A DNA stretch of 64,000 bases. Origin: an uncultured virus (IMG/VR IMGVR_UViG_3300037067_001693). Its lineage: Duplodnaviria > Heunggongvirae > Uroviricota > Caudoviricetes. The stretch is from the IMG/VR virus record IMGVR_UViG_3300037067_001693; one strand, written 5' to 3'. Every line of letters starts with the position of its first letter. Position 1 is the first letter of the stretch. Positions 10,760 through 20,819 of this stretch are shown piece by piece. The notes beneath the pieces are model-generated. The model worked only from the letters and a program-made list of their open reading frames with translations, had not been told where the DNA came from and did not search any database. The translations under genes and the position numbers were made by a program.

Positions 10760-10984
10760 CTATTGCAAACCAAAGATTTCTACCTTATCGCACTCTTGTG
10801 ATTCGTGGACGTGCTCAAATTTTGGAACAAAATGGAACTCTTGTACGTCAATCTCAAATATTGTAATTGATAGTCCGCAACAAGGACAGAATATATTTGC
10901 TTCGCTATACTCTCGTAATTCTTCACACTCATCCCACTTGATTATATACCTTCGCATCTCTCTGGAGCATCGTGGGCATATCAT
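10760..10984 (-). CDS. small zinc-finger protein
   Basis: CPRC...CPCC. Confidence 0.55.
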   Translation of the reverse strand: MICPRCSREMRRYIIKWDECEELREYSEANIFCPCCGLSITIFEIDVQEFHFVPKFEHVHESQECDKVEIFGLQ

Positions 10985-11397
10985 ATTTCAATCCCTTCCT
11001 GGTGGCACAAAGCCCGAAGGATCGCCTCAGTGGGGGTTCCCGATCCAATAGGTGCATCTTGACCGTCAAGATGGATATAGGGATTCTCGTAAATATTGAT
11101 ATTCCCTTCACCGTCAGCCATTTCCTGTGTGAATAGTTCCCAGTCCACCATCCCCCACAAGCTCCTCTTGCTGGCCTCCGGGGATGAGTCGTCGATGGTG
11201 CGAGGCAGCCAAACAACGTGGCAGCAACATGGCATAAGACGCATACCTTCCTCGTCTGGGTAGATCATGCGTATTTGACCGTCGATAGTACAGTAATATT
11301 TATCCCACTGTTGCCAATCCCCACACCTCTCTCGGTAAAGCCCCTGCAACTTGATGTGCATGGGGAGCAGGACTTCGGTGAAGTGGTTAGCGTTCAT
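10981..11397 (-). CDS. hypothetical protein
   Basis: RBS GGAGG before MNANHF; C-terminal TPTEAILRAL motif common in phage small proteins. Confidence 0.55.
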   Translation of the reverse strand: MNANHFTEVLLPMHIKLQGLYRERCGDWQQWDKYYCTIDGQIRMIYPDEEGMRLMPCCCHVVWLPRTIDDSSPEASKRSLWGMVDWELFTQEMADGEGNINIYENPYIHLDGQDAPIGSGTPTEAILRALCHQEGIEI

Positions 11398-12027
11398 CAA
11401 TAGAACCTCCTCTGTTTTTATAGTTTCGCATATCAAGATAATCTGCCAACCATCCCCACAAAATAGGAATAAGTTTATACAAACACATAAAAACTACTAC
11501 GATATCAATCATGTCTGAACTGATACATATGGTATAGTTAGCGTTCATGGTCGGCCTCCCGTCTCGCTCCATTCTTGCATTGCTATGCATTCAGGCAATC
11601 TGCGGGACATCTTCTGTCGAAATAAACAACAATACTTAAGATTTGTATTGTTAAATGGGCAGTTGTTACCGCAGAACCATTCTCCCCCAATACATGCCAC
11701 CTGGTCAGCTTCCACTTGAATTTTTATCATTATTTTCATTCTTTGCCCTCTCCTTTCTCCTCGCTGAAGTGGTTAGCGTTCATTGTGCCCACCTTTCCTC
11801 AAGTTCTGCAATAACCTCGTCTGCATCATCTCCTGAATACTCTAAGATCCCACTTCCAAGATGATCTTCGGAAAAATACGGGTCTTCGATTTCCAATCTC
11901 CAACCGCCAGAGAAAGGTGTTATTCTCCGATCATATTCTAAAACAATAACCCTTAGACCTAGATCTTTGCTCTTTTTAAGTATTCTTTCGCGAGATCTCA
12001 TCACTTCTCTCCTTTTCCTTCAACCAA

Positions 12028-12309
12028 CTATCGTTCATTGGTGTCCTCCTTGTCGTACACAGAATACCAATCCCCTTTTGTTCCAAACATCATTTTCATT
12101 AGACTTTCGTTTACCTTCACAAAAGCCCCGAATGAGGTATCGGAAGTTCTAACAAACCATGAAATAATTTCATTTGTGGGTTCAGCCCATTCGTTAAATT
12201 TTACCTTTATAGCAAAACCTCTGCGGCAAACAACGGTTCCAGTTACTTTTCTCCCCCATTTGCCATCATAACATACATATACTTCTTCACCTTTCTTGGG
12301 ATTAAACAT
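12028..12309 (-). CDS. hypothetical protein
   Basis: RBS AAGGAG; complete ORF left of the gap. Confidence 0.55.
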   Translation of the reverse strand: MFNPKKGEEVYVCYDGKWGRKVTGTVVCRRGFAIKVKFNEWAEPTNEIISWFVRTSDTSFGAFVKVNESLMKMMFGTKGDWYSVYDKEDTNER

Positions 12310-12354
12310 TCTCCTTCTCCCCTCTCTCCTTCAACCAGATGCGAAGGTGGATCA

Positions 12355-12454
12355 NNNNNNNNNNNNNNNNNNNNNNNNNNNNNNNNNNNNNNNNNNNNNN
12401 NNNNNNNNNNNNNNNNNNNNNNNNNNNNNNNNNNNNNNNNNNNNNNNNNNNNNN
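12355..12454. other. assembly gap (100 N) flanked by a 127-bp duplication
   Basis: 12228-12354 is identical to 12455-12581. Confidence 0.95.
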
Positions 12455-12528
12455 AAACAACGGTTCCAGTTACTTTTCTCCCCCATTTGCCATCATAACA
12501 TACATATACTTCTTCACCTTTCTTGGGA

Positions 12529-12885
12529 TTAAACATTCTCCTTCTCCCCTCTCTCCTTCAACCAGATGCGAAGGTGGATCAGAGCGTCGCAGGGGTTGGC
12601 GTCCTTGAATGTAACACCGCTCCCATTTATCCAGCATGACGTTTCTCCGTCTGCATCTTTTGACCTTGATGTAATACTGTCCGGAAACTCCCTCCACATC
12701 TCAGCCCACATAGGGGCGGGAACTACTTGTTTTCCTATCTCGCTTTTACAAGCTACAATAGTGCTTCGTGGATATAGTTTTTTTTCGCTTAAGGACCAGT
12801 ACTGATCCGTTTCCATCACAATCCCCGCCTTCTCAAGTGCTTGGCAGGCCGGTAGGGTTCCGTAATTTTCAGGATTTGGTGTCAT
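12529..12885 (-). CDS. hypothetical protein
   Basis: ORF in a tightly packed small-gene run. Confidence 0.55.
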   Translation of the reverse strand: MTPNPENYGTLPACQALEKAGIVMETDQYWSLSEKKLYPRSTIVACKSEIGKQVVPAPMWAEMWREFPDSITSRSKDADGETSCWINGSGVTFKDANPCDALIHLRIWLKERGEKENV

Positions 12886-13199
12886 TTATTAACCCCTCCT
12901 TATGCGCTCTTAGCACCCAATAGGCTTGTTCCATCATGGCGGCATCTGCTTGTGCAGTCTGCACTTGCCACAGATTAGAATCAGGACTACTGAGAGAATT
13001 GGTCATGGACCGTTTACCTTCAAACCATTCCATAGCTTCCTTAGGACTCATGCTCGGTCTCCTTAATTACCAAATAGTATTATAATTATGGCTGGAATTC
13101 CAAGCACAATTATAATTGTTAGTAAGCATTGTAGTTTCTCTTTTATCGTTAAGGGATTAGGTACGAAGTGAACAATTCCATATTTATCCACTTTAAGAG

Positions 13200-13568
13200 T
13201 CATACTTCCTCCTTCTGCCCAAGGGCTTCCCTAGCCGGGCTACTATCTCGACGTTCTCCCTGTTGAATATACCGTAGGGCTGTTTCATGGCGAGTCTCAC
13301 CGGGGAACTTAGATTCAACAGCCATTATCAGTTCGTTGTACGTCTCCCTCAGCACCGTGTTCTCGGCCTTAAGCGCCAGGTATAGTTCCATGCCTGTCTT
13401 GTAGCTATTCTGGACACCTTCTAAGTCGGCTTCCAGCTCACGCACCCTCTCCTTGAGGTCGGTAAGTTCCGCATCCTTATCGGCTTTAATTCGGTAATAG
13501 GCGGTAATAGATTCTACGTGCTGCCTGTTTTCTTCCTTGAGGGTAGCGATCTCTTCGTCCTTATTCAT
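13200..13568 (-). CDS. coiled-coil hypothetical protein
   Basis: C-terminal YNELIMAVESKFPGETRHETALRYI motif typical of phage small proteins. Confidence 0.6.
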   Translation of the reverse strand: MNKDEEIATLKEENRQHVESITAYYRIKADKDAELTDLKERVRELEADLEGVQNSYKTGMELYLALKAENTVLRETYNELIMAVESKFPGETRHETALRYIQQGERRDSSPAREALGQKEEV

Positions 13569-13873
13569 TTCTTGTTATCCTCCTTACTCTCCAAATATCC
13601 CACTACCAGTTCACAAAAACGAGTAGGGTCTATGATCCAAGCGGTGAAACATGCCGGATTATGCGTCATGTTGGAGAACTTTATCTTTTTCGTCTTTTCG
13701 TACATAACGTAAGAGTGGTTCTCAAATGCTTCAAACTCCCCCTTCTCCACCAGTTTCCTTCTCAGGGCGTCCATGTCTCCGGGAGTGGTGAATGTGCGAT
13801 TTAGGTTTAAAAAGTTCTCATACCAACGTTCCTCTATGTATCCCGTCAGTCTCTTCCTCTGTTCCTCAGTCAT
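13565..13873 (-). CDS. hypothetical protein
   Basis: RBS GAGGAGGG; ATGA overlaps. Confidence 0.55.
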   Translation of the reverse strand: MTEEQRKRLTGYIEERWYENFLNLNRTFTTPGDMDALRRKLVEKGEFEAFENHSYVMYEKTKKIKFSNMTHNPACFTAWIIDPTRFCELVVGYLESKEDNKK

Positions 13874-14066
13874 TTCCCCTCCTCATAACTTATCGTTGCC
13901 TTTTGTCGCATCGGACAGTTTACTACATGCTCAGAAAGTTTATTTCCACCACACAAGGCAACCCATGCCATCTTGCCATCTATCCTGTTTTCACAAGTAG
14001 CTGGTGCAACTAATTTACATATTGCTGTTTCTTTAATCATTTCCCCTCCTCATAATTTACAGCATG

Positions 14067-15311
14067 TCATCCATGCCCACCAGTATCGTCCAAATATTGT
14101 CCGGATCTTAATGTCGCATCCCAGTGGTACCATATACCAGATTCACCACGTGGCCCTTTAAAAGCTCGTCTAACTTTACCAGCACGTACCGCTGTCTCTA
14201 TTACGTTATTGAACTTGTTGTTATCAATGTCTCTCCATACCAACGATAATAGACTTTTCTCGTCAATAACTTTTCTGGCTCGTATAATCTGCAAAACAGA
14301 ATCAGTTTCGCTTGTAACAATAGATTTTCCGATTGCTTTAAAGGCATTACCCATCTGCATCTCTGCTTCTTCTATATCATCAATAGCACCTTGTAAATGC
14401 TTCCATTCTACTGCTAGGTCATCTGATGTGGATGCCGCTATCAGCATAGAAAGTTTAAGAATATACATAGGTTTTCTTGAGTACCAGCCATTAAATGAAG
14501 GATCTTTGCATACTCTATCTGGATTAGTTTCTTCGTATTCATTATACCAGTCATCCCATTTCTTAATACAGTCATCAGTCATTGTGTACTGTCCTGATAT
14601 TCTACTGATAACAAACAGATCCTTTATTAATTTATCTTTAAGTATCTTTTCTTCTTCAGTCTCTATTGGTCTTGGAACCTTCTTTTTCTTCTTATCTGCC
14701 CAGACAAACATTATGCGTGATGTTAAGCCACCTCCAACAGCTGTCGGGGGTAATGAGCTCGCAAGAGAATCCGGTGTTGTCGCTGCAAGAAGATTTATAA
14801 ATACTGAAGGAACAATATTAGATCCTGAATTCTTTGTTCTGTATTTCCATGGAAGCTCCTGACAATCAAAAAGATCTGTTAGAAGAACTAACATCTTTGT
14901 GTTTTCTTTCTTTTGCCCAAGAAAAGACTCAAACTCTTTTGAGAAGATACATAAGGAGCTATGTTTAAAGGTAGAACCATCTGGCATAAGTTCATCAGTT
15001 GCTCCAGACTCAAGATCTTGAAGCATTGCTTCCTTTGTTGAAGCATCTGCGCTTGTTACAATTTCTGGTATCTGTGCTAACATCTGCATCGCATAACTAA
15101 TTGCTTGACTCTTTCTTGCTATTCCTGGTTCTGCTACAAACACAACGTAGATATTAGGGAAGATCTTAATTCTCCCAAGGGACAGATGAGCTTTCTTCCT
15201 CAGGGCTGAGGCCAGTACTGAGTACGCGCTCCACTTGTCGAATATCCTTGCTGGTTCCGTGTTCAGTTGATATGTCATGTAGGCTTCTAGCCAGTTGCTC
15301 AAATGTCGCAT
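14067..15311 (-). CDS. DUF3987/YfjI-like P-loop NTPase, probable replicative helicase
   Basis: PNIYVVFVAEPGIARKS Walker A variant, GGLTSR arginine-finger-like motif; next to the DNA polymerase. Confidence 0.7.
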   Translation of the reverse strand: MRHLSNWLEAYMTYQLNTEPARIFDKWSAYSVLASALRKKAHLSLGRIKIFPNIYVVFVAEPGIARKSQAISYAMQMLAQIPEIVTSADASTKEAMLQDLESGATDELMPDGSTFKHSSLCIFSKEFESFLGQKKENTKMLVLLTDLFDCQELPWKYRTKNSGSNIVPSVFINLLAATTPDSLASSLPPTAVGGGLTSRIMFVWADKKKKKVPRPIETEEEKILKDKLIKDLFVISRISGQYTMTDDCIKKWDDWYNEYEETNPDRVCKDPSFNGWYSRKPMYILKLSMLIAASTSDDLAVEWKHLQGAIDDIEEAEMQMGNAFKAIGKSIVTSETDSVLQIIRARKVIDEKSLLSLVWRDIDNNKFNNVIETAVRAGKVRRAFKGPRGESGIWYHWDATLRSGQYLDDTGGHG

Positions 15312-15648
15312 TATTGTTCTCTCTCCCGATATGCTGGCTTTTCATTATACGCAGTTTTTTTATAGCGCAGTTAAGTTCATTAATTAAATCCTCACAGTCG
15401 AAATAAACATCTCTTCCAAATCCTTGCAATGATTCGAAGTTTACCACTACAGGTATAATTAACACAAGATACGATCTAAAACAAACAGTACCCGCTCCTG
15501 GCACTTGTTGGTGTATATCAATTCTGTTGTTATTATATTTAACTTCATAAATAGAATGAGAAGGAACCTCAATAGCAATCTTCTCTCGAATTTGTTGCAT
15601 TAAAATTCTACTCTTTTTATAACTTGTTGTTACGTAGATGTAAGTCAT
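15166..15648 (-). CDS. hypothetical protein (3' end overlaps the helicase gene)
   Basis: ATGA overlap with the polymerase stop. Confidence 0.4.
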   Translation of the reverse strand: MTYIYVTTSYKKSRILMQQIREKIAIEVPSHSIYEVKYNNNRIDIHQQVPGAGTVCFRSYLVLIIPVVVNFESLQGFGRDVYFDCEDLINELNCAIKKLRIMKSQHIGRENNNATFEQLARSLHDISTEHGTSKDIRQVERVLSTGLSPEEESSSVPWEN

Positions 15649-18053
15649 ACATGCGCTCCATAATTAGCTTCATGCACAGAATTCATTCCAGTGCTTCTTT
15701 TTCTCCACTCAGGTATCCAATCAACCATGTCTCCCCAAGTATTTCCTATTTTAAAGTCAACATCTATCATGAAGGTCTCATCATTTATCTTTAGAGGAAT
15801 ACACATGCTTTCATATACTCTTTTACTGCATATTTCTTTTTCATTATCACTACAAGCGATATACTGCGCATCGTGTAATTGCATAACTAACCTGTATCGA
15901 CTTCCCCATGCAGCATAGCAATTTCGCATTGCTGTATTGAGAAGATCGCCTACAGTTGATTGAGGCTTGTAAGAGTATGCACTTCTGAATAGATCATCTC
16001 CCCACCTACCAAGGAATCTATGCTTCCTTCCGAGTAGATTAGTTAATGTTCTGCTCTCTCTTAATTCTGCCTGTATGCGTTGGTACCAAACTCTAAGCAA
16101 AGGATCAGCCCTGTGGTAGAGCTCCATCAATTGCTTGGCTTCCTTCATCTTGATTCCCAAACGAACTGCTAAAACAGCTGGTCCAGCGGCATAATTAGAG
16201 GCATGTCTAATGGTTTTACCAACTGATCTTTGTTTCTTAGTTATCTGATCAAAAGGAATACCAAACATCTCACTTGCTGTAATCTTGTGAATATCATAAG
16301 GTGCACGCGCTTCTCCTACAAGCCCGTATGAAGTTTGAAACATCTTCTTAAGTCTGTTGTTTCCTGTAAGATATGCAACAACAACAGCTTCTGCTTGTAC
16401 ATAGTCAGCCTGGATCAATACTTCATTCTCACCAACTCCATACATCTTTCTTGCTATCGCAGGAATATTCTGAAGATTACCACTACCATAGGGCAGGATA
16501 ATAGACTTAGAGGATGACCACCTACCAAAAGACTTTCTACCTTCTTCATCTGTTGAGCTTCCTGTTATATTGTAACTGGTGTGAACAGTGTCTTCTGGGG
16601 ATAGGTCAATACTCAAGAACGAAGATTTGAGTTTACTCCATTTCTTGTATTCCAGAATCATATTGAAGATAGGATTATCAGGTTCAATAATAGAAATCTT
16701 CTTTAACGCAACAGCATCAGCAGATACTACCCTTGGATCATTTACTGATTTCCTTTTCTTGTACTGAATTGGAAGACCCAAGTCTATGTATAGAAGTTGT
16801 TGTAATTGCTTTGGGCTATTATAGTTGATCTCCTTACCAACTAGTGTATTCAGTTTCTCCTTTGCTTCTTTAGCATTATCTGTTGCAGTATCTTTTAATT
16901 CCTTTTGCTTATTCTTATTAATCTTCATGCCCTGAAGTTGCATCATGACAGAAAGTTCAATCAAAGACATCTCAAAATCGAAAGTATTTCTTACTCCAAG
17001 TTTTTCCATCTCTTTCTGTAAGACAGGAACAAGAGCGTGGGTGTTGCAAACATCACCTGCGTTATACAATGATCTGTTATCTTTTGCTGTTCCCTTCCAC
17101 GGTGCTACGTCAAGACAAAGGGAAGCAAGAAATCCGAGATCCCTTGGGCACTCCGGCCAACAAGCATGTGCTGCAATCAGTGTATCAAAGAAGTGATTCT
17201 TAATAAAGATATGATTGTTATGCCACAGAACACCTTTATCATAAGGACCATTCTGCATAACAACAGGTTTCTTTTGAACAAGATAATTAAAGGCACTCCA
17301 TAGTTTTTCCTCGTCCCTCTCAGGCATTGCGGGAGTCCGACCATTGATTATTCTAACACTAACCCCAAAGTCAGAACTATGTGCAACACCAAGAATATCT
17401 ATGTGAGTGCCGGGTTGTAAAGTTTCTACGTCAACAGAGATGTAGTCTATGTTGTTATCATTAGCTACTTCATAACAGTAATCTATGAACTTAGATGGAG
17501 CAATGTCAGCAATCAACATCCTATTATCATCTGGAATTGTTGAAAACTCAGAATGTCTTTTCGCCTTTCTTAAATCCATCACTGTGGGGAACAATAACTT
17601 CCATTCATGATTAAGCGCCATCGGGTGGTAAGTAGCAATTACCTTAAATCCCTCAGCAAGTGAGCACGGAAGAATGTATCCTCTAAACTCGGATATTTTC
17701 TTTTCGCCGGTCAAAGCCCAAAGTGCAGTGTTTCCAAGCGCAACTATTACGTTAGGTTTATTAAACTCAATCTCCATTTTAAGTTGTTGTATCCATTCCT
17801 TTAACTTAGGCTTGGGAATAGTGCATTTCTTATCTTCGAAGAAGAATGAAATCTTGTTTGCGGGAGGGCGCTCTCTGGCTACGTTAGTTACCAGACATTC
17901 ATACCGAGTAATACCTGCTTGACTCAGTACCATATCTAAAGTCTTTCCAGCCGCTCCTATAAAAGGAACACCTTGAAGTTCTTCCTCAGCACCTGGAGCC
18001 TCTCCCACTAGCATTATTTTAGCGTTGGGCGGGCCAACTGTTCTACACAGCAT
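15645..18053 (-). CDS. family A DNA polymerase with N-terminal uracil-DNA glycosylase (family 4-like) and 3'-5' exonuclease domains
   Basis: GEAPG and TYHP (UDG); DVET and FDT (exonuclease); GRWSSS, NLQNIP, DYVQAE, K-x3-HASNY, QSTVGD, LHDA (PolA motifs). Confidence 0.92.
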   Translation of the reverse strand: MLCRTVGPPNAKIMLVGEAPGAEEELQGVPFIGAAGKTLDMVLSQAGITRYECLVTNVARERPPANKISFFFEDKKCTIPKPKLKEWIQQLKMEIEFNKPNVIVALGNTALWALTGEKKISEFRGYILPCSLAEGFKVIATYHPMALNHEWKLLFPTVMDLRKAKRHSEFSTIPDDNRMLIADIAPSKFIDYCYEVANDNNIDYISVDVETLQPGTHIDILGVAHSSDFGVSVRIINGRTPAMPERDEEKLWSAFNYLVQKKPVVMQNGPYDKGVLWHNNHIFIKNHFFDTLIAAHACWPECPRDLGFLASLCLDVAPWKGTAKDNRSLYNAGDVCNTHALVPVLQKEMEKLGVRNTFDFEMSLIELSVMMQLQGMKINKNKQKELKDTATDNAKEAKEKLNTLVGKEINYNSPKQLQQLLYIDLGLPIQYKKRKSVNDPRVVSADAVALKKISIIEPDNPIFNMILEYKKWSKLKSSFLSIDLSPEDTVHTSYNITGSSTDEEGRKSFGRWSSSKSIILPYGSGNLQNIPAIARKMYGVGENEVLIQADYVQAEAVVVAYLTGNNRLKKMFQTSYGLVGEARAPYDIHKITASEMFGIPFDQITKKQRSVGKTIRHASNYAAGPAVLAVRLGIKMKEAKQLMELYHRADPLLRVWYQRIQAELRESRTLTNLLGRKHRFLGRWGDDLFRSAYSYKPQSTVGDLLNTAMRNCYAAWGSRYRLVMQLHDAQYIACSDNEKEICSKRVYESMCIPLKINDETFMIDVDFKIGNTWGDMVDWIPEWRKRSTGMNSVHEANYGAHV

Positions 18054-18106
18054 TAGATTATTTTACCTCCGTGTCTGTATTCTCTACCTCTATTGTTGGA
18101 CGGTTC

Positions 18107-18358
18107 TTATTTCATTAAAATAATATTAGACTTTGGTTCTTTTTCTTCTTTCCCAGGATTACTTATATCAAAGGTTTCTCCGCAAACGGCACAAGCAATT
18201 CCTTCTTGTGTAAGAAGATACTGTGGTTGTCCCGCTGGACTGAGTAGTCGAGGAATAAATCTAACTTTTATCTGAGGTAAAAAACAAGTATTTCCACATA
18301 CACACTCCATTACTTTTAAGTCGTTTACATTAATATTAAGATTTGTTGGTTGCGTCAT
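18107..18358 (-). CDS. small zinc-ribbon protein
   Basis: CVCG...CAVCG. Confidence 0.55.
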   Translation of the reverse strand: MTQPTNLNINVNDLKVMECVCGNTCFLPQIKVRFIPRLLSPAGQPQYLLTQEGIACAVCGETFDISNPGKEEKEPKSNIILMK

Positions 18359-18575
18359 CTTTGTCTTTCCTCCATTCAATTAAGCCATATACGGCAAGTC
18401 CAGTGTAGATTGTAAACAGAATTCCTTGAGCTGGTATATCTTTATAGAAGTCAACTACTGCCCAGGATGCATTTGTAAAGAACCATATGTAAAAACAAGC
18501 TATTTTCTTCTTGATATTAAGAACTACTCCAATCATGGCAAGTATTGTTAGAATAACAGTAAAAGTACTAAACAT
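18336..18575 (-). CDS. PnuC/SemiSWEET-like 3-TM membrane protein
   Basis: GVVLNIKK...FYIW...N...YGLIEW matches the C-terminal triple-helix unit of PnuC. Confidence 0.6.
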   Translation of the reverse strand: MFSTFTVILTILAMIGVVLNIKKKIACFYIWFFTNASWAVVDFYKDIPAQGILFTIYTGLAVYGLIEWRKDKDDATNKS

Positions 18576-19911
18576 TCTTCTTCTCCAGCCATTTCTGCAT
18601 CCGAGTTACCATAGAAGCATAAGATTCAATCTCTTTCTCACAACCTATTACTAACATCTTAAGATCACATGCTGTTTCTATGACAGCTCCCGAACCAGCA
18701 AAGCAATCGTATATATAATCTCCTGGATTATTTGTTCTTGTTAGAAGTTCTTTAAGAAGAAGAACTGGCTTCTCTGCTTGGTGAGTCTTGATAGAAGGAA
18801 GTACAGGATCGCATTGAATCCAATCAGGTCTGCCTTCTATTACTAATCTTGACTCAGACTTTCGCGCAAATAAGATAGCTTCATATGCAGAACTTGGCCA
18901 TCTTGATGGTTGATTATTCTGACCACCTTCCCTCTTTGCCCAGACAATAGGCCACTTTAGAACATCCCAACCAGCCTTTGTCATGTTATCGTACATATAC
19001 TGAAATATAAACCTATCTCGCCCGCAGAATACGTAGGCATGCCCATTGGACTTTGTTATTCTAAAGGAATGCGGAATAAATACTTCTAGAACACTTTTAG
19101 CGTACTCCCAGGTGTCTTCGTACTTATGCCCCGATGTTGTATGTTCTCCCCCTGTCTCGCCAGCTATTCCCATTGCCACATCAAAGATGTCGATGCCATA
19201 AGGTGGATCTGTTAAGATAGTATCAATACTTCCATCAGGTATGCCAGTAATATGACCTTCCATTGCTCTGTTAACTATGACAAATTCTTTTGCTTCTTTA
19301 ATAGTGGATTCGTATTTAATAAGTCCGTCCATATGCTGACTGACCTTTTCCATGCTCTTAAGAACACTCTTCATCTCGTTCTTTGTTTCGCATTTCTTAA
19401 GTTCAGGCATAGTCTTTAAGGCAGCCGCAAGAACAAGATCCTCCGCTGTTGATGACTTACTTTTACCTAAAAGTTCTGCCGTATCTGCCACACCCCAACC
19501 TTGCTTCTCGCCATCTTTAGTTACACCAGGAAGTGCTTCTCCGTACAGTTCCTGTTTAAAGTTATGCAGTTCAGCTTCCGCAAGTATTGCCTCAGCTACA
19601 GTCAACGCCTTGCGCATGACATTTTCTTCTAATTCCATCTCTCGCATAAGCATGTGATCAATAGCATCAACGTAGCATACACGAACTGAAATGCCCGCAA
19701 TCATACAAGCAGCGAGTCTGCGTCCACCAGCTATCAATTCATTATTCTGATTGATGACCACTGGTTGCAGTTGTCCAAACTTCTTAATAGATTCTGCAAG
19801 CTTCTCAATCTCCCCCAGTTCTTTTCTAATCCTGGGAAGTTCGTCCTTTACTGTAATTGCAGTCGGATCAAGTGTAAATATTTTAGATTCATCAATTCCA
19901 GGTGTTGTCAC
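18568..19911 (-). CDS. ParB/Srx N-terminal domain fused to a beta-class N6A/N4C DNA methyltransferase
   Basis: LAESIKKFGQLQPVVI, LIAGGRRLAA, ELEENVMR (ParB); TDPPY, HQAEKP, DCFAGSG (MTase). Confidence 0.88.
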   Translation of the reverse strand: MTTPGIDESKIFTLDPTAITVKDELPRIRKELGEIEKLAESIKKFGQLQPVVINQNNELIAGGRRLAACMIAGISVRVCYVDAIDHMLMREMELEENVMRKALTVAEAILAEAELHNFKQELYGEALPGVTKDGEKQGWGVADTAELLGKSKSSTAEDLVLAAALKTMPELKKCETKNEMKSVLKSMEKVSQHMDGLIKYESTIKEAKEFVIVNRAMEGHITGIPDGSIDTILTDPPYGIDIFDVAMGIAGETGGEHTTSGHKYEDTWEYAKSVLEVFIPHSFRITKSNGHAYVFCGRDRFIFQYMYDNMTKAGWDVLKWPIVWAKREGGQNNQPSRWPSSAYEAILFARKSESRLVIEGRPDWIQCDPVLPSIKTHQAEKPVLLLKELLTRTNNPGDYIYDCFAGSGAVIETACDLKMLVIGCEKEIESYASMVTRMQKWLEKKNV

Positions 19912-20216
19912 TCCTCTGCCTCCAATGTTAGATTATCATCATCAAACAGCACAGCATCATCCTCAGGTGTTTCCTCTGAAGGTGGTTCTTCACCTTGTAA
20001 CGCTCTTAGTGCTTTAATATCCTTCTGCTTAATACCAAGAAGTTTCATCAAGACTTTCTCTTCTTCTGTCAATACTAAAAGTCCTTGCTTTTTAGCAGAA
20101 GGTTCTTCAGTGCGAGAAAGATCAGATGCTCTTTTAAATCTATAACCAGCAACAAAAGCGAATCTTTCTTCTTGTGTCATCTCATTGTAGTTTGGATAAA
20201 GTTCTTCAAGTTTCAC
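19908..20216 (-). CDS. hypothetical protein with acidic tail
   Basis: Coupled start/stop overlaps with neighbours. Confidence 0.55.
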   Translation of the reverse strand: MKLEELYPNYNEMTQEERFAFVAGYRFKRASDLSRTEEPSAKKQGLLVLTEEEKVLMKLLGIKQKDIKALRALQGEEPPSEETPEDDAVLFDDDNLTLEAEE

Positions 20217-20415
20217 GGATTTACCTTTCCTGGTTGGTATGTATCACTTGCTTCGTAAAAGTCAAACTTCTGGAAGTGTACGCAAGCAACACAGACTCTT
20301 GCGCCCTGCCCAAAGATATGAGGCATTGCTGTATTTGTTAGAGGTTTATTCTTTTCTATCGTCATCTCTTCATAGAAAGCACAGAAAGGTTTGTGACAAG
20401 GACGCAAGATTTGCA

Positions 20416-20691
20416 TTATTTATCCTCTTCTTTTTCCAGATAGATTATATGAGCAGCCAAGAAGTTAATAGCACCAAGAAGTTCTGCTACTGCGCGTTCT
20501 GTGGGCATATTCTGACTTTCATGTATCTTCTTGACAGCTTGTCCAAGTTGAAAGGATTTGAAATGCTCTTCTATCCACATGATAGGTTGCTTATCGAAAG
20601 GTTTATTGTTAGCATGACGTTCCTTTCCTTTACCTTCGGAAGCCTGAAGGAAGGCTTTGTGAATTACTTCTGCTAATTTTTGGTAGGGCAT
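20416..20691 (-). CDS. conserved phage hypothetical protein
   Basis: AFLQASEGKGKERHA...FQLGQAVKK...ELLGAINFLAA motif. Confidence 0.6.
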   Translation of the reverse strand: MPYQKLAEVIHKAFLQASEGKGKERHANNKPFDKQPIMWIEEHFKSFQLGQAVKKIHESQNMPTERAVAELLGAINFLAAHIIYLEKEEDK

Positions 20692-20714
20692 AATTGATTC
20701 CTTAAGAAAAGAAA

Positions 20715-20805
20715 GAGGGCTCACCGTGGACTCTAAAGGCTCAGCGTTGCCTAGGCACTGAATTCGTCCTTTGGACCTACTTACCTCGCACCGTCTGTTG
20801 CCCTC
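20715..20805 (-). ncRNA. candidate structured RNA (~90 nt)
   Basis: Closed by GAGGGC/GCCCTC; GC-rich, non-coding. Confidence 0.35.
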
Positions 20806-20819
20806 GTTAGTTTAATACA

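Noticed and set aside
12228..12581. 127-bp direct repeat and duplicated ORF start
   Set aside because: The copies are identical and sit either side of a 100-N gap, so this is a scaffolding artefact
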